Shown: piece by piece, positions 8,484 to 17,470 of the stretch
Layout: each line of letters starts with the position of its first letter
Numbering within the stretch: position 1 is the stretch's first letter
Assembly (NCBI GenBank): GCA_017302595.1
Contig: JAFLDA010000001.1
Location: 694,817-718,816, forward strand
DNA: 24,000 nt
Direction: 5' to 3'
Source of the DNA: Rickettsiales bacterium
GTDB lineage: Bacteria; Pseudomonadota; Alphaproteobacteria; Rickettsiales; Rickettsiaceae
Notes under the pieces: generated by a model
Told to the model about the DNA's origin: nothing
The model's database searches: none
What the model saw: only the letters and a program-made list of their open reading frames with translations
Translations under genes and position numbers: made by a program

Positions 8484-10235
8484 CTATATTACCATGCCGT
8501 TGACTTGGTGATCCCATAACTCTTTGAATTTACCATTTGGTATAGCAAGTAGATCGGCAAAGCTACCATCTTCAACAATCTCGCCATCCTCTATTACTAC
8601 AATTCGATCAAGATGTTTAATCGTGGAAAGACGGTGAGCTATTGCAATTACGGTAGCTTTATTGGTGTCTAGCATAGTGTTTATAGATTTTTGGATCTCC
8701 ATCTCTGTATGACTATCAAGAGAAGAAGTAGCTTCATCTAAAATCAAAATTGGAGCATTTTTAAGAATAGCTCTTGCAATCGCTATACGCTGACGTTGAC
8801 CGCCACTAAGTTTTACCCCCCTTTCTCCTACTTGGGTCTCATATTTCTCAGGCAAGCTCTCAATAAATTCATGAATATTGGCTGCTTTGGCTGCGCTTTC
8901 TATTTCTGCTTTTGTTACATTTTCTTTAGCATACCCAATATTTTCACCAATTGAACGATGAAATAGCATAATATCCTGAGGAATTAGTGATATATGAGAG
9001 CGCAAACTATCACTAGTAACATCATATATACTTTGATTATCAATAATTATATCGCCATCAGTTGCTTTGAAATTTTTCAACAGCAAGGAAATTAAAGTTG
9101 ATTTACCTGCTCCTGAGTGCCCAACTATTCCAATTTTTTGGCCTGATTTTATGGAAAGATTTAGGTTTTTAAATACACCTTTGTTATTTTCATAATTAAA
9201 TGATAAATTCCTAAAAATAATACTAGGTGATTGAATGTTCAGCTCAGTAGCATTTGCTCTATCAATTGAATCTTGAGGAACTTGCATTATTGTATAAGCT
9301 GAACGAAATGCTGCAACATCTTCTAGGAAATCTTTGATTTCCATAGCAGCAAGCCAGGTATTTTCAGTAAACTGAAAAGTAAGCGACATTACAAAGGCTA
9401 TATCACCAACAGTGAGCTCACCCGCATTTCTCATATAAATAACAAAGCAAAACAGAGAAATGAGAAATATCCAATAAAATATGCTTAATATTATACTAAT
9501 GATCAAATCATACTTGTAATACTTAATAACTAAGGGGTTATGTACTTCATCATAGTAATTGTTAATTTTTTTTAATTCACTCTTCTTAGTGGCGAATGAA
9601 AATATGGTAAAAATATTTGTGATACGATCGGCTACTGTTCCAAATAAATGATACCAAGAGTCCTGCTTTGCCTGCTCCATTCTCGCAAGTTTAGTGAAAA
9701 ATTTAAGCGCTAACGGAGAGTATATACACGTAAATGCTAAAATGAAGAAAAACAGTTGTATATTGGTCAGAGCTAGCGCGAAGCCAGAAAATAATGTTAT
9801 ATATAAAGGCCTTGTCACTTTAAACTCAAGCCCTTGGTGAATTTTAAAATAATTATCGCCAATGCCTTTTATTTTTCCTACAATTGAACCTGACAGGTTA
9901 TTTTGAAAATAAGTGTATGACAAATTGAAACAATGCTGGCAAATTTTATCCAGCATATTCTGCAAAATATACGGCATAGATTTTAATTGCGCAAAATTGT
10001 GCATTCTCCATGCACCATCTAGAACCACTTGAGCACCTATGAATACAGCTATCGGGGTTAAGCTTTGCTCAAACGTAATATGCTGATCTTGCGTGAATAA
10101 GTCAATTAATAGCTTTACCGCATAATTATACATAATTGGATAAATTCCATTCGCGAGCGGAGCCATAAGCATTATGATATATAAATACTTAAATGGCTTT
10201 ATAACCGACCAAAGAAATAAAAATGGCTCTCTCAT
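8484..10235 (-). CDS. ABC exporter, fused permease/ATPase half-transporter (MsbA/ABCB type); substrate unknown
   Basis: The ORF is 583 aa with an N-terminal TM domain. Walker A is GHSGAGKST, the Q-loop is IPQDIMLF and the signature is LSGGQRQR. Walker B is ILILDEATSSLD and the H-loop is AIAHR. Confidence 0.88.
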   Translation of the reverse strand: MREPFLFLWSVIKPFKYLYIIMLMAPLANGIYPIMYNYAVKLLIDLFTQDQHITFEQSLTPIAVFIGAQVVLDGAWRMHNFAQLKSMPYILQNMLDKICQHCFNLSYTYFQNNLSGSIVGKIKGIGDNYFKIHQGLEFKVTRPLYITLFSGFALALTNIQLFFFILAFTCIYSPLALKFFTKLARMEQAKQDSWYHLFGTVADRITNIFTIFSFATKKSELKKINNYYDEVHNPLVIKYYKYDLIISIILSIFYWIFLISLFCFVIYMRNAGELTVGDIAFVMSLTFQFTENTWLAAMEIKDFLEDVAAFRSAYTIMQVPQDSIDRANATELNIQSPSIIFRNLSFNYENNKGVFKNLNLSIKSGQKIGIVGHSGAGKSTLISLLLKNFKATDGDIIIDNQSIYDVTSDSLRSHISLIPQDIMLFHRSIGENIGYAKENVTKAEIESAAKAANIHEFIESLPEKYETQVGERGVKLSGGQRQRIAIARAILKNAPILILDEATSSLDSHTEMEIQKSINTMLDTNKATVIAIAHRLSTIKHLDRIVVIEDGEIVEDGSFADLLAIPNGKFKELWDHQVNGMVI

Positions 10236-10439
10236 ATTAGTGATTTATATTAATTTAAGTATAATTGTCTGAAGTAAAATCAAACTCCAACGGCTTACCC
10301 CACTAAAAATAAGGTAAACTAATTTAAAACAAGTTATAGATTATTATGCACGACAAAACTGAGGAGCGATTGTACCTTTTTAATAAACTAATGGCAACAG
10401 TATTTTTAAGGAAAGAATAAAGTCTTGAACAGTAATTTA

Positions 10440-10503
10440 GTCATTCCAAACCTGATTTGTGATCCATAAATAGTAATGGATCTTGAATCAAGCACAGGAT
10501 GAC
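10440..10503. repeat. RPE-like palindromic element, full two-arm copy (64 nt)
   Basis: The sequence is GTCATTCCAAACCTGATTTGTGATCCAT-aaatagta-ATGGATCTTGAATCAAGCACAGGATGAC. The termini GTCATYC...GGATGAC are inverted, and each arm carries its own small hairpin. It sits in the divergent intergenic region between the ABC exporter and the LRR gene. Confidence 0.8.
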
Positions 10504-10605
10504 TACCAAAAATTTTGCCACAAAACTCTAAAATCTTACTCCAGTAATACATTATTTTTCTTACTTATCTTAACAAATCTTACAAGAATAAAATTTACTA
10601 TGTAG

Positions 10606-10614
10606 TGCTATAAT
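10606..10614 (+). promoter_or_regulatory. Candidate extended -10 promoter element (TGcTATAAT) for the LRR gene
   Basis: TGCTATAAT lies about 20 nt upstream of the ATG at 10634. A Shine-Dalgarno-like AAGAGG follows at 10623..10628. I found no convincing -35 hexamer. Confidence 0.35.
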
Positions 10615-10633
10615 TTTATATAAAGAGGTCATT

Positions 10634-11278
10634 ATGAAACTAGGAAACATTCCAGGAACCATAGCTGAATTAAATCTGCTAGCACAAAATCCAGCATTGG
10701 ATCACAACAGCCCAGCAGTAATGGCTAGTAATGTTTACAACATAATACAAACTACAAAAAACTTAGATGCAAGCTATTTATCTGATAATTTAACTCCGAA
10801 TGCGTTCTTATTATTAGCAAAAATTGCTGCTAATTCTCAATTACGTACTCTTAATATTGCCTGCAATCGCTTATATACATTGGATCATGATTATATTATT
10901 GCTTTAGCGGCTATTATATCTACCTCAAAAACTATACACACTCTTGATATTAAACGTAATTTCTTAGGTGACCATATTTTTGCTTTTATCGAGACCATCA
11001 TTCAATCGAGCGCTTTAAAATTTATTGATATAAGGTGGAATAGTCTACAACACCAAAAGAAAAGTCATGTTAAAACACTGATTCAAGAACATAATGAAGA
11101 AGTACTCGAGTGGCAAAAAGCACTGGAACATTTAAATGCCGCAGTCGGTAGAAGCCTTGACATTGAAGGCGAAATCAGTAGTGTAATAGGTGAAGTGGCT
11201 TTCGTAACAAATGAGAATTGTTATATAACTGGGAATACAATACAATACGTTGTTGATGATAGTTGTGTAATAATCTAG
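10634..11278 (+). CDS. Ribonuclease-inhibitor (RI/RNI)-type leucine-rich-repeat protein with C-terminal CaaX box (CVII); candidate secreted effector
   Basis: The ORF is 214 aa with a good SD (AAGAGG, 5-nt spacer). It holds 4-5 repeats of about 28 aa that fit L-x-x-L-x-L-x-x-N-x-L-x-x-x-x-x-x-x-L-A. Examples are QLRTLNIACNRLYTLDHDYIIALAAIISTSK, TIHTLDIKRNFLGDHIFAFIETIIQSS and ALKFIDIRWNSLQHQ. The last four codons, tgt gta ata atc tag, encode C-V-I-I-stop. Confidence 0.7.
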   Translation: MKLGNIPGTIAELNLLAQNPALDHNSPAVMASNVYNIIQTTKNLDASYLSDNLTPNAFLLLAKIAANSQLRTLNIACNRLYTLDHDYIIALAAIISTSKTIHTLDIKRNFLGDHIFAFIETIIQSSALKFIDIRWNSLQHQKKSHVKTLIQEHNEEVLEWQKALEHLNAAVGRSLDIEGEISSVIGEVAFVTNENCYITGNTIQYVVDDSCVII

Positions 11279-11290
11279 AAGATAAAAAGA

Positions 11291-12526
11291 TTATCCATTT
11301 TTCTTTATAATTTGATTTATTGCATAATACGCAATTACAGCAAATATCATGATGTAGAATAATGGAAACAACTGAAATTCATAGTTTTTCATAAAATACA
11401 GACAAATGAAATTTGCAGTTCCTGACATCAGAAGTGATCCTATTGTATGACCAAGGCTGATACCACGGTATCGTTCAGTAGGTTTGAATGATCCAATCAT
11501 AATTCCATGCGCCAGTCCATTAAACGGTGCAATGCTAATTGCAAGCATTATCGATGAAATTAGAGCTAGATTAAGAAGCTTGGTATATATTGCTATAATA
11601 AGTATTGTAGAAGTTATTAAAGTAGAAATAAGCGCGCTAGCGGTAATAATTCGCAAACCAAACTTATCCGCAATAAGACCAGCAATTGGCATTGAAAAAG
11701 CAAATACTGTAGCTGTAATTACTGAAATTGTACCTATGACTTTGCTTGCATCTGGCATAACTATAGGCAAATATTGCTTCATAAAAATTACTGATATTTG
11801 GTATGTCGCACCAAAGCCACCAGAAAATAGGATAATCAACAATATTGTGCGCCAGTGCTTCTTGGTTAAATATAGGAAATCATAAAACTGCAATTCTTGG
11901 TTTTTTGCTTCTATAAAAATAGGCGTCTCCTCTAGATATTTTCTGTAGTGTAAAGTAATTATTGTTAATGGCAAAGACATTAGAAATGGCAATCTCCAAC
12001 CCCACTCAGGGAACACGGATGAATTAAAGAAATTAGTCGATGCAATACCTAGTAAAAGACCAAATGCACCGGAAGCACGGGTAGCAGCAGAAGCAGTAAA
12101 ATGATAATCTTTTCCTAAATGTTCTATAACATAAATTGCTGCACCATCATACTCACCACCAACAAAAAATCCTTGAAAAAAACGGCAAATAATCAATATT
12201 TGTGTCGCAATCACTCCAATATTGCTGTAGTCAGGCAAGACCCCAATAATCAAAGTCGGAACAGCTATACCAATTACAGTAAATTTAAGAGAAAGCCTTC
12301 TGCCGTACTTATCACCAATCCTGCTAAAAAAAATAGAACCTAATGGCTTTGCTAAATAAGATATTGCATAAATAGCAAACACGTACATAAGACCAGCTAC
12401 CTTGTCAACGTTTGGGAAAAACTTCTCGGCTAGTATTCCTGCTGAAAAGCCATAGAGGCTATAATCATAATATTCAACCACTGTTCCAAGAATTGCTCCT
12501 GTAACTTTTTTATTTTTTCTCACCAT
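11291..12526 (-). CDS. proP: MFS transporter of the metabolite:H+ symporter family (ProP-like proline/betaine transporter paralogue)
   Basis: The ORF is 411 aa with about 12 TM helices. It is collinear with E. coli ProP motifs: GTVVEYYDYSLYGF, PLGSIFFSRIGDKYGRR, FFQGFFVGGEYDGAAIYVIEH and WGWRLPF...YLEETPIF. It lacks the ProP C-terminal coiled coil. Which paralogue and which substrate are uncertain. Confidence 0.8.
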   Translation of the reverse strand: MVRKNKKVTGAILGTVVEYYDYSLYGFSAGILAEKFFPNVDKVAGLMYVFAIYAISYLAKPLGSIFFSRIGDKYGRRLSLKFTVIGIAVPTLIIGVLPDYSNIGVIATQILIICRFFQGFFVGGEYDGAAIYVIEHLGKDYHFTASAATRASGAFGLLLGIASTNFFNSSVFPEWGWRLPFLMSLPLTIITLHYRKYLEETPIFIEAKNQELQFYDFLYLTKKHWRTILLIILFSGGFGATYQISVIFMKQYLPIVMPDASKVIGTISVITATVFAFSMPIAGLIADKFGLRIITASALISTLITSTILIIAIYTKLLNLALISSIMLAISIAPFNGLAHGIMIGSFKPTERYRGISLGHTIGSLLMSGTANFICLYFMKNYEFQLFPLFYIMIFAVIAYYAINQIIKKNG

Positions 12527-12528
12527 AA

Positions 12529-13089
12529 TTATCTATTGTATCTTGCTTCGTGAATTATATGTTCAATTTCTTTTACTGCCTTAGAAAAATCATCATTTAT
12601 TACTATATGATCATAATATTTGGCATATTCAATTTCTAAGTAAGCCTCTTCCATACGCATTTTGATTACGCTTTCATCATCTTGTCCGCGCATAATAATC
12701 CTTTGTTTTAAAGTTTCCATATTTGGTGGTATAATGAAAATGCTTACAACTTTAGCAGCAGATTTTTCCATAATTTGTTTAGCGCCTTGATAATCGATAT
12801 CAAATAACACATCATTACCCCTGGCCAAATTATCTTGTACAAATTTGACTGGCGTGCCATATAGATTTCCATAAATTTCTGCAGTTTCAAGATAGTCTTC
12901 ATTCTTGAAATCTTCTAAACTTTTAAAAAAGTAATGTACTCCATCAACTTCTTCCGGCCTTGGCTTTCTTGTAGTGCAAGATATGGAAAGAACAATATTA
13001 GAGTCGTCTTTGATGAGTTGATCAGCAATCGATGATTTTCCACAACCAGATGGAGCAGAAAGAATGATTATCATTGCTTTTTTTGTCAT
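12529..13089 (-). CDS. gmk: Guanylate kinase
   Basis: The 186-aa ORF has the P-loop ILSAPSGCGKSSI, then ISCTTRKPRPEEVDGVHYFF, then ...EIYGNLYGT... The stop is 2 nt from the MFS start. Confidence 0.92.
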   Translation of the reverse strand: MTKKAMIIILSAPSGCGKSSIADQLIKDDSNIVLSISCTTRKPRPEEVDGVHYFFKSLEDFKNEDYLETAEIYGNLYGTPVKFVQDNLARGNDVLFDIDYQGAKQIMEKSAAKVVSIFIIPPNMETLKQRIIMRGQDDESVIKMRMEEAYLEIEYAKYYDHIVINDDFSKAVKEIEHIIHEARYNR

Positions 13090-13137
13090 TTAAGTATTTA
13101 TTCTCTTAAGGTGCACTTAATTACATTCAAGATTATA

Positions 13138-13920
13138 ATGTCTGCTACTCAAAAAACAATAATTATTACTGGAGCATCAAGCGGACTAGGGGCGGCTTTG
13201 GCAGAAAAGTACTCTCTCTTTGGTCATAAATTGTTTTTAATTGCAAGGTCAAAAGAAAGATTAGAGAAAGTTGCAAAAAAATGCCGAAGTAATGGCGCTA
13301 ATGTTAATATTATAGTTTTGGATATTACAGATTATCATGAATCGAATAAGGCGCTAACATCTATACTAAAAAATAATAATATTGATATTGTGATTGCCTG
13401 TGCTGGCGTGTCAGCTGGAACTCTGCAAGGGCCAGAGAAAATAGACCAAATTAGAAAAATATTTTCTACAAATACAGATGGGGTGATAAACACCATTACA
13501 CCAGTAATACCAAAAATGATAAAAAGAGGAACCGGCAATATTGTTATAATTAGTTCAATGGCTGGATTATTGGGTCTTTCCAGCGCTCCTTCTTATTCGG
13601 CAAGTAAAGGAGCAATAAGGATATTTGCTGATGCGCTTCGAGGATATTTATCCAAATTTAATGTTCACGTCACAACTGTGATTCCTGGATATATCAAGAC
13701 CCCGATGACCGAAGTTAATAATTTTCCTATGCCATTTATGATTACTGCTGAAAAAGCGGCCAATAAGATTATTTTAGCAATTGAAAAGAATAAGTCAGTC
13801 GTAGCTTTCCCGCTTGTAATGTATTTAATTATGAAATTAATAAGCATTTTTCCTATGTGGATTTGGAATTTTATCAATTCCAAGCTACCAGGAAAGCCTC
13901 CATTCCACGATTATGAATAG
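13138..13920 (+). CDS. Short-chain dehydrogenase/reductase (SDR) family oxidoreductase
   Basis: The Rossmann motif is IIITGASSGLGAAL. The catalytic residues are SS...YSASKGAI (Y-x-x-x-K). The C-terminal segment is hydrophobic. I prefer the ATG at 13138 (MSATQKT...) to the GTG at 13111 used by the ORF track. Confidence 0.85.
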   Translation: MSATQKTIIITGASSGLGAALAEKYSLFGHKLFLIARSKERLEKVAKKCRSNGANVNIIVLDITDYHESNKALTSILKNNNIDIVIACAGVSAGTLQGPEKIDQIRKIFSTNTDGVINTITPVIPKMIKRGTGNIVIISSMAGLLGLSSAPSYSASKGAIRIFADALRGYLSKFNVHVTTVIPGYIKTPMTEVNNFPMPFMITAEKAANKIILAIEKNKSVVAFPLVMYLIMKLISIFPMWIWNFINSKLPGKPPFHDYE

Positions 13921-14009
13921 GAAGAACTATTTAGAACCCTGCAGCTAATTAATTTTTCTTAATAAAATTAGTTGAAGATATAAAAAATATCCATTACACT
14001 GCAAAATGG

Positions 14010-14513
14010 GGCTGCTTGATATGTTAGAGCTGATAAAATCCTCTGAACTATAATTTCATTTCGGGACTGATCTCTGGCAGCATCGTGGTGTTGCTACATT
14101 GGACCCACCTAAACATAACGGTTCTCGAGAGTGAACTGCTATCGACGATCAAAGCGGTCCTTTTCGTCAATGTGGTTTGCTTGAACATTCACTCCTGAGA
14201 ATGTGTATCAACCTTCGATACTTCTGAGCTATTTACCCCGAGTTCTCTTTGCAGTTATAGTAAGTTGCTTTGGTTCTTTTCCCTCAAGCTTTTTTCTTAC
14301 TACGTGCCTCAAGTAACTAATTTTTAGCATTTTTCAAATGTTTCTGGTTTTGTTCGAATTCAATGACCTAAATCTTCACAAGATCGACTATTATCTGTGT
14401 TGCATCTTCTCCTAATTCTTCTGTAATCTTCACTCTATTATTTTTTCTACATAAATACCAAAGCTTTCTAATCCATTATCATCCTCATCTTCTTCAAAAC
14501 TACTTCTTTTCAT
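14010..14513 (-). pseudogene. Probable decayed gene remnant (frame-broken minus-strand reading frames); original identity unknown
   Basis: No ORF of track size exists in 13921..14718. On the minus strand, protein-like pieces follow one another in shifting frames. They are MKRSSFEEDEDDNGLESFGIYVEKIIE*, VKITEELGEDATQIIVDLVKI*, ...KKLEGKEPKQLTITAKRTRGK* and LQRELGVNSSEVSKV... (HTH-like). The segment 14060..14280 looks more G+C-rich than its surroundings by eye. Confidence 0.3.
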
Positions 14514-14613
14514 GTTATACCTGTTTGGCTAATAAAATTAATTAATATGCGTAAGTGCATAATGAATATTAATCAATACAAATATTTAATAGATCGTTTT
14601 TAATAAAACCCCC

Positions 14614-14659
14614 TTATCCCAAACTCCACGTTAGTCGTAGTGGATTGATTAAGGATGAC
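14614..14659. repeat. Degenerate RPE-like element copy
   Basis: The sequence is TTATCCCAAACTCCACGTTAGTCGTAGTGGATTGATTAAGGATGAC. It keeps the ATCCCAAAC left motif and the GGATGAC right terminus. The interior has diverged. Confidence 0.45.
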
Positions 14660-14718
14660 TTTGAAGCGCTCAAAGACAATTTTAGAGCATTGCGCAGTAT
14701 GATAATAAGAATTGAAAG

Positions 14719-15447
14719 TTATAGATAAGTCTTCAAAATCTCTTTTAACTGGGCAAATGATTTATCTAGTAAGTCGTAATTTGTTGATCTTAAGACAAGA
14801 CTAGTTGCATGTTTCCCGTCCCTAGTAAATGGGTAGCTCCCCATCTCAACATCTGGATATTGTTTTTGTAAATTCTCAAACTGCACCGCAATTTTACTTT
14901 CTCCAACAATTACCTCTAATACAAGAGTTTTTACTACTTTTCCATGTTTTAGCATTGGCAAAGCAGATTGTAGCATTGATTTCATAATATAAGGAATCCC
15001 AGCCATGACGAATACATTTCTAATTGCAAAACCTGGGACTGCAGTTGCGTCATTATGAAGTAACACTGCCCCTTCAGGAATATAAGCCATCTTTTCCCTG
15101 GCAGGATTTAATTGTTCTCCCATGCTTTCATAATGGTTTTTTAGGACATTATAAATATCTTCATTTCTAATATATTTCACATTAAACGCTGCTGCAATCG
15201 ACTCAGAAGTAATATCATCATGCGTTGGCCCAATACCACCGGTGGTAAATACATAGTCATATTTAGCGCTCATTTCTTTAATTGTTTTGATTATCATCTG
15301 CCGATCGTCAGCTATCGTTCTAGTCTCGATTAAATCAACCCCAATTTCAGTTAGGCGTAGCGCTATTTCTTGTGTATTTATATCAAGAGTTCTTCCTGAA
15401 AGAATTTCGTTACCAATAATTACTACTGCCGCTTTTGGATTAGACAT
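14719..15447 (-). CDS. CinA-like / MoCF-biosynthesis (MoaB-Mog type molybdopterin-binding) domain protein
   Basis: The family motifs are AAVVIIGNEILSGRTLDINTQEIA...YDYVFTTGGIGPTHDDIT... I placed the start at MSNPKAAVV (ATG 15447). The track ORF starts 4 codons earlier at 15459, and either start is possible. Confidence 0.82.
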   Translation of the reverse strand: MSNPKAAVVIIGNEILSGRTLDINTQEIALRLTEIGVDLIETRTIADDRQMIIKTIKEMSAKYDYVFTTGGIGPTHDDITSESIAAAFNVKYIRNEDIYNVLKNHYESMGEQLNPAREKMAYIPEGAVLLHNDATAVPGFAIRNVFVMAGIPYIMKSMLQSALPMLKHGKVVKTLVLEVIVGESKIAVQFENLQKQYPDVEMGSYPFTRDGKHATSLVLRSTNYDLLDKSFAQLKEILKTYL

Positions 15448-15548
15448 TTTCACTCTCATTTGATTTTTCTCGCCTCTTAACTTCTCCCAAGTCTTGCCAG
15501 ACTCGCTTAATAGTCTTGCCTTCTTTAGTCAGGCTGGAACCACGTAAA

Positions 15549-15651
15549 GTCATCCCAAATACCACCCAAAGTAAACAATCCCAAAGTCATCCCAAACTTG
15601 ATTTGGGATCCATTACTTAATTCATGGATCCTGAATTAAATTCAGGATGAC
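15549..15651. repeat. RPE-like element: leader half-site (GTCATCCCAAAT) plus a full two-arm copy (15586..15651)
   Basis: The full copy is GTCATCCCAAACTTGATTTGGGATCCAT-tacttaattc-ATGGATCCTGAATTAAATTCAGGATGAC. It is the best-preserved copy in the window, and both arm hairpins are perfect. Confidence 0.85.
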
Positions 15652-15697
15652 CGCAGAGGAAGCACTGCTCCGATATTTGGCACGAATACCAGCTAAG

Positions 15698-15723
15698 AAA
15701 AAGGGGCAATTTTCTATCGCCCC
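15698..15723 (-). terminator. Rho-independent terminator of the BI-1/YccA gene
   Basis: The minus strand reads GGGGCGAT-agaaa-ATTGCCCC followed by TTTTT. That is an 8-bp stem with one G-U pair and a 5-nt loop. It begins about 30 nt after the stop at 15755. Confidence 0.7.
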
Positions 15724-15754
15724 CCATTTTCTTATAGCTATATTTTATACAACA

Positions 15755-16489
15755 CTATTTTCTATCTCCCATAAATCTTAGTAAGTACAGGAATAGGTTG
15801 ATGAAATCAAGATACAGAGTAAATGCCCCCATTATTGCAATTTTTTCTCCTTGCTCTCCGCCACCTGCATAGTAATACATAGCTTTCAATTTTTGAACAT
15901 CCCATGCAGTTAGGCCCATAAAAATTGCAACTCCGATAAAAGATGTAGCAAATTCAAGAGCTGGACTTTGTAAGAAAATATTTACAAGTGATACTATGAT
16001 CAAACCAATAAGTCCCATGAACAAGAACGAACCCATGGAAGTTAGGTCTTTTTTAGTCGTATAACCATACAAGCTCATAGCGCCAAACACCGATGCACAA
16101 ACGAAGAATGTCTTAGCAAGTGATTGGCCAGTATACATTAGTCCTAAAGAAGAAAGGGACATCCCCATGACTGCAGCATATACCCAAAACATAAGCTGGG
16201 CTGTTTGTACTGACATTCTCCCCATCCCCATAAAGAAAAATAGGGCTATGATCAGTGGAGCGAACGTTACAATCATGCCAAAACCAGAAGTTCCCATAAA
16301 CTCACCATTTGGTCCGATGTTGTACATAAGCGCAGTTAATGGCGGAAAATTCAGAGTTCCGTATGCTAGTACCCCAGTAACCAATAGAGCAAGAGCCATA
16401 TAGTTATATATTTTAAGCATGTAGCTTCTTAGGCCTTCATCAAAGCCTTTACTTTCTTTTACTGCAACCGCTTTTGTGTAGTCAATCAT
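15755..16489 (-). CDS. Bax inhibitor-1 / YccA family (UPF0005) membrane protein
   Basis: The ORF is 244 aa with about 7 TM helices. The family-typical N-terminus is ...GLRSYMLKIYNYMALALLVTGVLAY and the charged C-terminal tail is ...LLRFMGDRK. Confidence 0.85.
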   Translation of the reverse strand: MIDYTKAVAVKESKGFDEGLRSYMLKIYNYMALALLVTGVLAYGTLNFPPLTALMYNIGPNGEFMGTSGFGMIVTFAPLIIALFFFMGMGRMSVQTAQLMFWVYAAVMGMSLSSLGLMYTGQSLAKTFFVCASVFGAMSLYGYTTKKDLTSMGSFLFMGLIGLIIVSLVNIFLQSPALEFATSFIGVAIFMGLTAWDVQKLKAMYYYAGGGEQGEKIAIMGAFTLYLDFINLFLYLLRFMGDRK

Positions 16490-16552
16490 ATTTTTTACCT
16501 CAGTTTGATTTAGAATAAAATTCTTAACCTCATATACTAATATAAGTGCTTT

Positions 16553-17470
16553 TTATAGTTTTTCAAGTACTAAGGGAAGCATCAATAGCAATCCTATGTA
16601 ATTGTTGGCTTTAAATCTACGATAGCAATTTTTTCTGTTTTGTATATTAATAGTAGCGCAAATCCATATGCAATATAGAAAGCACACGGCATCGACAATA
16701 AAAACTTTTAATCCAAACTTATAAAAAACCAATAGATGTAGTAGTATAAATACACCATAAAAGGTAAGTATTATCTGCTTATATTGCATATGTTCAAAGA
16801 AAATAGCTGTTGATTTAACGCCTATTTTTTTATCATCTTTTATATCCATGAAGGCATATATAGTATCATATGCCATTGTCCAAAATCCACAGGCTATGTA
16901 TAAAATTATTACATCTTTGCTTATTGAATCTTGTACTGCAGCAAAACCTATTAAGGCTCCTGCATTAAATGTTATTCCTAAAAATGCTTGTGGAAAATAG
17001 GTTATTCTCTTCATTAATGGATACAAAATAATTAGGAAAAATGCCACAAAGCCAACAATAATAGCGGTATTAGTTAACGACAATAATATTGCCAAGCAAC
17101 AAAAGAGCAAAATGAGCAAAATAACTATAGCTGTTTTAACAGAAATTGCGCCACTCGCTAATGGTCTGTTCTTTGTTCTAGCCACTTTTTTATCAAAATC
17201 CTTATCAAAAATATCATTTACAATACAGCCAGCAGCTCTAGCAAGTATGCTACCGATAAAAAACAATGGGAGATAGAATAAGTCCAATATTGTCTGACTT
17301 GCCAGAATAAGGCCATAAGCAGCTGGAAAAAAAGATAATAAATAGCCAGTTGGAGCATTTAATCTCATCAAAGCTATTAGTGGAGCAAACTCTTTCGGAT
17401 AAAATATATTTGGCATTTTTTGTATAATTGTAATAATATCTGCGAATTCAAATTGAGCGGCAGAGATCAT
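16553..17470 (-). CDS. ubiA: 4-hydroxybenzoate polyprenyltransferase (ubiquinone biosynthesis)
   Basis: The UbiA motifs are [16 protein letters not shown] and [30 protein letters not shown] second Asp-rich motif is [13 protein letters not shown]. The start is uncertain: ATG 17470 (MISAAQ...) or 17416 (MPNIFYP...). The track start at 17542 would overlap valS by 74 nt. Confidence 0.85.
   Translation of the reverse strand: MISAAQFEFADIITIIQKMPNIFYPKEFAPLIALMRLNAPTGYLLSFFPAAYGLILASQTILDLFYLPLFFIGSILARAAGCIVNDIFDKDFDKKVARTKNRPLASGAISVKTAIVILLILLFCCLAILLSLTNTAIIVGFVAFFLIILYPLMKRITYFPQAFLGITFNAGALIGFAAVQDSISKDVIILYIACGFWTMAYDTIYAFMDIKDDKKIGVKSTAIFFEHMQYKQIILTFYGVFILLHLLVFYKFGLKVFIVDAVCFLYCIWICATINIQNRKNCYRRFKANNYIGLLLMLPLVLEKL

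Noticed and set aside
10346-10420. A 24-codon ORF (MHDKTEERLYLFNKLMATVFLRKE) in the ABC/LRR intergenic region.
   Set aside because: It has no SD and no recognisable motif, and it is very short. It is compatible with chance in a 400-nt AT-rich spacer.
14005-14300. A possible tmRNA or other structured RNA. GGGGCTGCTTGA at about 14007 resembles a tmRNA 5' end and also reads Ala-Ala-stop, and the region is locally G+C-richer.
   Set aside because: I found no complementary CAGCCCC(A)CCA acceptor partner upstream or downstream on either strand. I found no GGTTCGAATCC-like T-arm and no plausible tag reading frame (the frame gives ...LQNGAA). No RNase P core (GAGGAAAGTCC) is visible either. The region is kept only as a caveat under the pseudogene finding.
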